DNA of 63,134 nt, filler included, from Craspedostauros australis (lineage: Eukaryota), in NCBI GenBank assembly GCA_030167865.1. It is 5 parts of 5 records of this genome, joined end to end, with 100 filler letters (N's around TTAATTAATTAA, not from the genome) between each part and the next. Parts side by side here need not be neighbours in the genome. Positions count along the whole stretch, not along the records: positions 53,833 to 58,605 come from JALAGF010000149.1; positions 58,706 to 60,110 come from JALAGF010000151.1; positions 60,211 to 63,134 come from JALAGF010000152.1; 2 more parts are not named here. The stretch is one strand, 5' to 3'. The position numbers and the translations under genes were made by a program. Positions 58,272-63,134 of the stretch are shown in pieces; the first letter of the stretch is position 1; each line of letters begins with the position of its first letter. The notes under the pieces were generated by a model. That model searched no databases. It had not been told where the DNA came from and worked only from the letters and a program-made list of their open reading frames with translations.

Positions 58272-58605
58272 ATATCACATATCCACGGTGATTTTTCGTC
58301 GCGATAATGGACCCAAGATGCGTCAGGACGCAAATTTCGAGACAATTTTCGATCTTTTGCGTCAGGACGCAAATGGAGAATTAGTGCGACAATTTAACAC
58401 GAGGGATAAATTACATCGGCTTGTTGGACTCAGCGCCACAAAACTCTCTCCTTCTTGTGTTGATTTCCTTCGTGTTATTTTCTTAGCTCTTGTCTCGTAT
58501 TATTTTTGCGCAGTGTTCAGTGTTCTCTGCATCAAGCACATACTCTAGAGGATGTTGTCGTTTGCAGTGATCATGAAGATACCAACTCTAGTTTGTTGGT
58601 ACCAT

Positions 58606-58705
58606 NNNNNNNNNNNNNNNNNNNNNNNNNNNNNNNNNNNNNNNNNNNNTTAATTAATTAANNNNNNNNNNNNNNNNNNNNNNNNNNNNNNNNNNNNNNN
58701 NNNNN
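58606..58705. other. Artificial scaffold join
   Basis: N-run with central TTAATTAATTAA. Confidence 0.95.
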
Positions 58706-60110
58706 CCCAGACGCGTATCTTTGTGCCATCGATGGCGTCGTGGTCAAATTGGTTGAGAAGTCGAGGAGAGACGATGCCGCCGACTTTCGGCACAAACGCG
58801 CCCCCCACACGATCGTCATCCAAGGCGGAAGCCAGACGAGCATGGGAGCCTTTGTTCTATATGAATGATAGTACTATGTATCAGGCCGCCAAATTTTCCA
58901 GAGCGCATCGTCAGTAAACACAAAGTTCCTTCGTCGCACGTGCATCGCTTGGGCTCGCACAGGCATGGGCCAAATGGCGGGCTTCGTTCGAGCGGAATGG
59001 TCGGAGTTGTGGCATCTTGGTGTCCCAAGCGACACCTTCATGACTAGACTCCGTGTCTCGTGTTAAGTGTAAACATGTCCGAACGGAGAAGTGATGAAGA
59101 AGGTCAAGCCGGAACGGCCAACGATGATCTGCTCTCGCTTCAGTACGTCCGTTTGAATCCCCGAGATTCTCTCTGCGACATCGGAGGCGATATTTTGACA
59201 GGCCAATCAGCGTTCACGGATCAATTGAACAGAAAAGAGGCGCGACCAATCTCAGACGCGCTTCCCAAGAGTGGTTTTTTTACGCGCTACAAACATGAAA
59301 TGACGAATTTGGCGATCAAACTGACATCTGATTCCGTTACCTTGTCCGGTGGTCTGCTTAAGCCCTCCATAGTTGTGTCTCATGTGTTCGGATCCACCCG
59401 CGGGATTTTGTCAACGCCAGCGTCAAGTTGGGTTCGTGCTCTCGTTTTGTGTTCTCTCTGTGTGCTTGCCGCTGAAATTGTGGCGAGGACCACGCGCGAG
59501 ACGCAAACCCACGCAATCGTAAATTTGGGGCAATCGTTTGCCACCGCGCAAGGAATATGGCGATGGTGGTCTCCCACCGCGTCTTTCGTCAACCCGCTAG
59601 TGGAAGGACCATACCATACCACACAGCACTCCACAACGCATCGAGCAGTACTCGACTGCACATCTTTCCCACCTTGTTGGTAGCTCTGACTTGACTGCTG
59701 CTTCGCACATCGTCGCGACAAAGAGCACAAGCACAAGCACAAACAAACACAAAGACATCCAAGAGCGGCCTCTTCCTCTCACAAAACTTGATCATCTCAC
59801 AATCCAAACCGACAAGCAACCACAACCAGCTGCACAACAAACAACAGGTAAGAAGACATGCAGCACTCTCCACCCCCGACAGTGACTACCGTTGCCATCG
59901 CGGCTGAAGCAAGTTGCCATTCCAATGACAAACACAACCATCATGGCGGTGGCAGCGGCAACGGCAGCAGGGCCATGGCAGATCGACTTCAACATCGCAG
60001 ACGTCCACACGGTGGCGCAGACAATCGCGGCGCAGACCATAGTGATGAGGGGCACCAAGGACCAACGTGATGCTTGGTTTGGCGAAGTCATGGAGCAGCG
60101 CCCGTGGTGA

Positions 60111-60210
60111 NNNNNNNNNNNNNNNNNNNNNNNNNNNNNNNNNNNNNNNNNNNNTTAATTAATTAANNNNNNNNNNNNNNNNNNNNNNNNNNNNNNNNNN
60201 NNNNNNNNNN
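60111..60210. other. Artificial scaffold join
   Basis: N-run with central TTAATTAATTAA. Confidence 0.95.
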
Positions 60211-60633
60211 GCAGGTGCAATTGATGTTGGCGGCAGGCGGAACAATGACCCCATGTCTGAGCGCGAACTGTGGGTGTTCTTTGGAATTATGCTCATGGGC
60301 AAGCTCAATTCGACCATGAAGCTTTGGGGCGACAGGATGAATGAAGGTTTCTGTGAGGGCAGGAATGTCACGACACACATGCCTTTCCATCACTTCCAAA
60401 ACATCTGCGAGCACTTCATCCCGTACTTGTTCTCTGACCTGGCCAGGCAACACAAGGATAAATGGTGGCAAATCCAACCTGGGGTGGAGTTGTTCAACAA
60501 GCGTTGGCGCGACACCATCATTCCAGGCCAGGTAAAAGTCATGGACGAAAGCATGACCGCATACAAGCCCCGTCTGTCGCCCACCGGAAACCTTCCCCAT
60601 CTGACGCACATTCCACGCAAGCCAGAACCGCTT
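60211..60633 (+). pseudogene. piggyBac-like (DDE_Tnp_1_7) transposase fragment truncated by LTR
   Basis: ELWVFFGIMLMG...MPFHHFQNI...DKWWQIQP...PGQVKVMDESMTAYK...HIPRKPEPL. Confidence 0.8.
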
Positions 60634-61435
60634 TGTTGAGATGTACATGTGAGTATATGTCGAGATGTACGTGTATATGTGCATCGTTCACCCATTATTC
60701 TCTCATACGTGCTTGGACGGTACAACGACATTCGTGTCGATAGTATACTGTGATTCGTCAGAATTACAGTGGAAATGGAACACACAAAAATGAGCAGAAT
60801 TTCTGGAGGAAATTTGCAATCGACAATTTCTGAGAGAATTAGAAATCTCGTCCGTCCATCCATCAATGCAAATGTATGGTACCAAGCGAATCTTGAGGTA
60901 CTTCCCAACTAAACCTCAGATGATGATATCATCTGACAGACTGCTGCATCACCAATGGAACATGACATCTGGAGAGCAGAAGGACGCCTACTGACGTCAA
61001 CAGGATGTCATCGTGTCACCACGTCAACATCTGTCTCCAAGTCAGAGCAGAAGGTGAAGATCCGATGACCGAAGGACATCAAGATCATGGATACGAGAGG
61101 TGAAGTTCAAATGGTAAGTACTCATGGAGTAGGAACCAGTAATGAATGAACGGAGTGTCGGATGCAGAGTACGCATTCAACACGGAGTATCGTGTAGCAG
61201 AAGCATACGAAACTAAGAGAGAGAGAATACAAAGAGTAACGAGAGAGCATCTCGCGTGCCAACTCATAGTCGGACGATCGAATCTACGAAACAGACCGAA
61301 GTGCCGAGAGCACCGGGCAAGAGAACGGACACTGAGAGGATCGGAGTGCCAATGAAATGAAATAGCAAACAGAATGACTATCAACCAACACCATCTTCCA
61401 CGATCGTAGGCTTCAGTGAGCGGAACTTGCCAACA
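60634..61435 (+). mobile_element. Solo LTR-like element, copy 2 (~802 bp)
   Basis: Perfect TGTTG...CAACA inverted termini; colinear with reverse complement of 17431-18239. Confidence 0.75.
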
Positions 61436-63134
61436 CACACTCTGCTCTCCTTCAAAGGTGCTCAGCGTCAATCGATATCGCCATCAGCATCGTTATAATA
61501 AGTGATGTTATCTTGCATGGAGCACTTCACACCGCTCTACTTCAATTCACCACTATGTCCGACTTCATGACCACCATCTCATCTTCGTTGATCACGTTTG
61601 TTCTACTGTTGCTTGTTGCTTGTTCAGGATGGTGAGTGTTACATGAAGTAGATCGTCGGTTGCATGATGCCGACGACAATATCTTGCAGCGCAGGGGCGG
61701 CGTACCCATGGATCTCTTCGCTGAAGGCTCATCTTCCATGCCGTCGTTCTACCATGCAACGCTTGGCTTCTCGCCTGGAGCGCATAAACTAAGAGCAAGA
61801 GGAGCTGTCACCGTTGTGCATGCCACTGCTGCTGGAGGTACTCAGCGTGCGTCCGAAGTTTCGGTTCGACATCGCATGCTGATGCAACGGTGGAGGTGAT
61901 TTCGGTGCGTCCAAGGGCGCGAAATCGTTCCTGGAGGCCCAACGCGATCTACCAGATGTCGAACGCGAGGTAAATCTGGAACGATGCGATCGACATCTAG
62001 CGGTATTGATCTTGCAGCGACGGACGCGGCTGGATGAGTCGAGTTCTGTGACGATTGTGACGGCGAAAGCCAATCGCTTTCATTCCACTCGTTCGGTAGA
62101 TCGATGTGGGCTCGCTGGCCGCTTTTCGACGAGCTGCTCATGATGCAGAAGATGCTGATGTTCAAGGAGATTGGAGATTTCTGGTTGTCCGACACATTTT
62201 GCATTCACAGCTTACATGGTAGTATCATATGTAGTCGTAGTTATCTCGCTCATCCCTCAAGGGGATCGTTTCAAGCATGTCCAGCGATGACTGATTGAAC
62301 GAATACTCACCATCGCAGGCTAATTCATTCATGTTGGTGGCATTGTTGCGGTGAGCTATTGTAGTTGTGACCAAAATCGTGGATCATTTGGAGCTGCTCG
62401 AGGGTGACTTCATGACTCCCATGAGGATAGTGAAAACAGAGTTGACCAAGGAAGAGAGGGGGGGGGGGGGTGCCTCCGGAGGCTGTGGTGCCATCGGGAC
62501 CGACAAGGGTGATCATTCCGTGAAGCACAAGAGTCCACCGAGCTGACGCTTGTCTCTCTCTTGCATCGTTCTTGGCCAATCATGCTGCTGCTGCTGTTGG
62601 TGTTGCTCTTGTTTGTGCTGTGGGTGCTGTGCATGATATTCATTGATTTGCTGAGTTGCTTGTGTCTGAGTTGTTGGTGATTCTGATGCAGATGCTGATG
62701 TGTGAGATGAGGACTGGTGGCAACGAAGAGACTTGAGGATCTCGCATGATGAGGACGCCACAAGATGGATGGGATTCATCGCCAATGCTGAGAGTAGCAT
62801 CCATTTACATGTGAACACCCTGGCGCGATCGTTTGGATATTGCGCAGGCGTTCGCCACGAGAAATCGATCTTGTTCGGCATCTTCAGGGACGTCGCAGGT
62901 TCTCAACTACAAAAGTGTCTTCTGTTGTGGAGGGACCATGTTGTGTTGTGGTTGCAAGCATCTGTGGATGTTGGTGCTCTCGTCTATCGATGGCTCATGG
63001 GACAACCACTGTGGCAATATGAGTGATGGAATGCTGGAGTATCGGCATATGGATGTCAGGAATCGAGGGTACGACTCTGTCGGAAAGATACCCATGATTG
63101 CCGCAACTCCCAACATTATTTGTCACACCTTTGG

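Noticed and set aside
61436..63134. Possible gag/pol remnant downstream of the LTR
   Set aside because: No PBS, PPT, zinc knuckle, RT or integrase motif recognisable; only short ORFs

Overview
Eukaryotic genomic DNA, very probably from a diatom (inference: GT-AG introns, bipartite signal+AF plastid leaders, a diatom-type 'WY..RGLE' protein, a SET/aminopropyltransferase/AdoMetDC fusion). The window holds about 18 protein-coding loci: two GT61 paralogues (one frameshifted), a GT49, a fucosyltransferase-like fusion, a TMEM185-like membrane protein, an RNF216-like RING ligase, two rhodaneses, a kinase, a Cys-rich secreted mucin-like protein and several hypotheticals. It also holds transposon debris (MULE, piggyBac, two ~800-bp solo-LTR-like copies, a Sola-like TIR element) and four artificial N/TTAATTAATTAA scaffold joins. 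The top finding is a two-exon gene (36039-38180). It appears to fuse an NAA80-like actin N-terminal acetyltransferase to an ACTMAP-like actin maturation protease, so two consecutive steps of actin N-terminal processing would sit in one polypeptide. The second is a signal peptide-SET-aminopropyltransferase-2x degenerate AdoMetDC protein ending in KQEL, a candidate long-chain polyamine enzyme. All family assignments come from motifs recognised by eye; no database searches were run.
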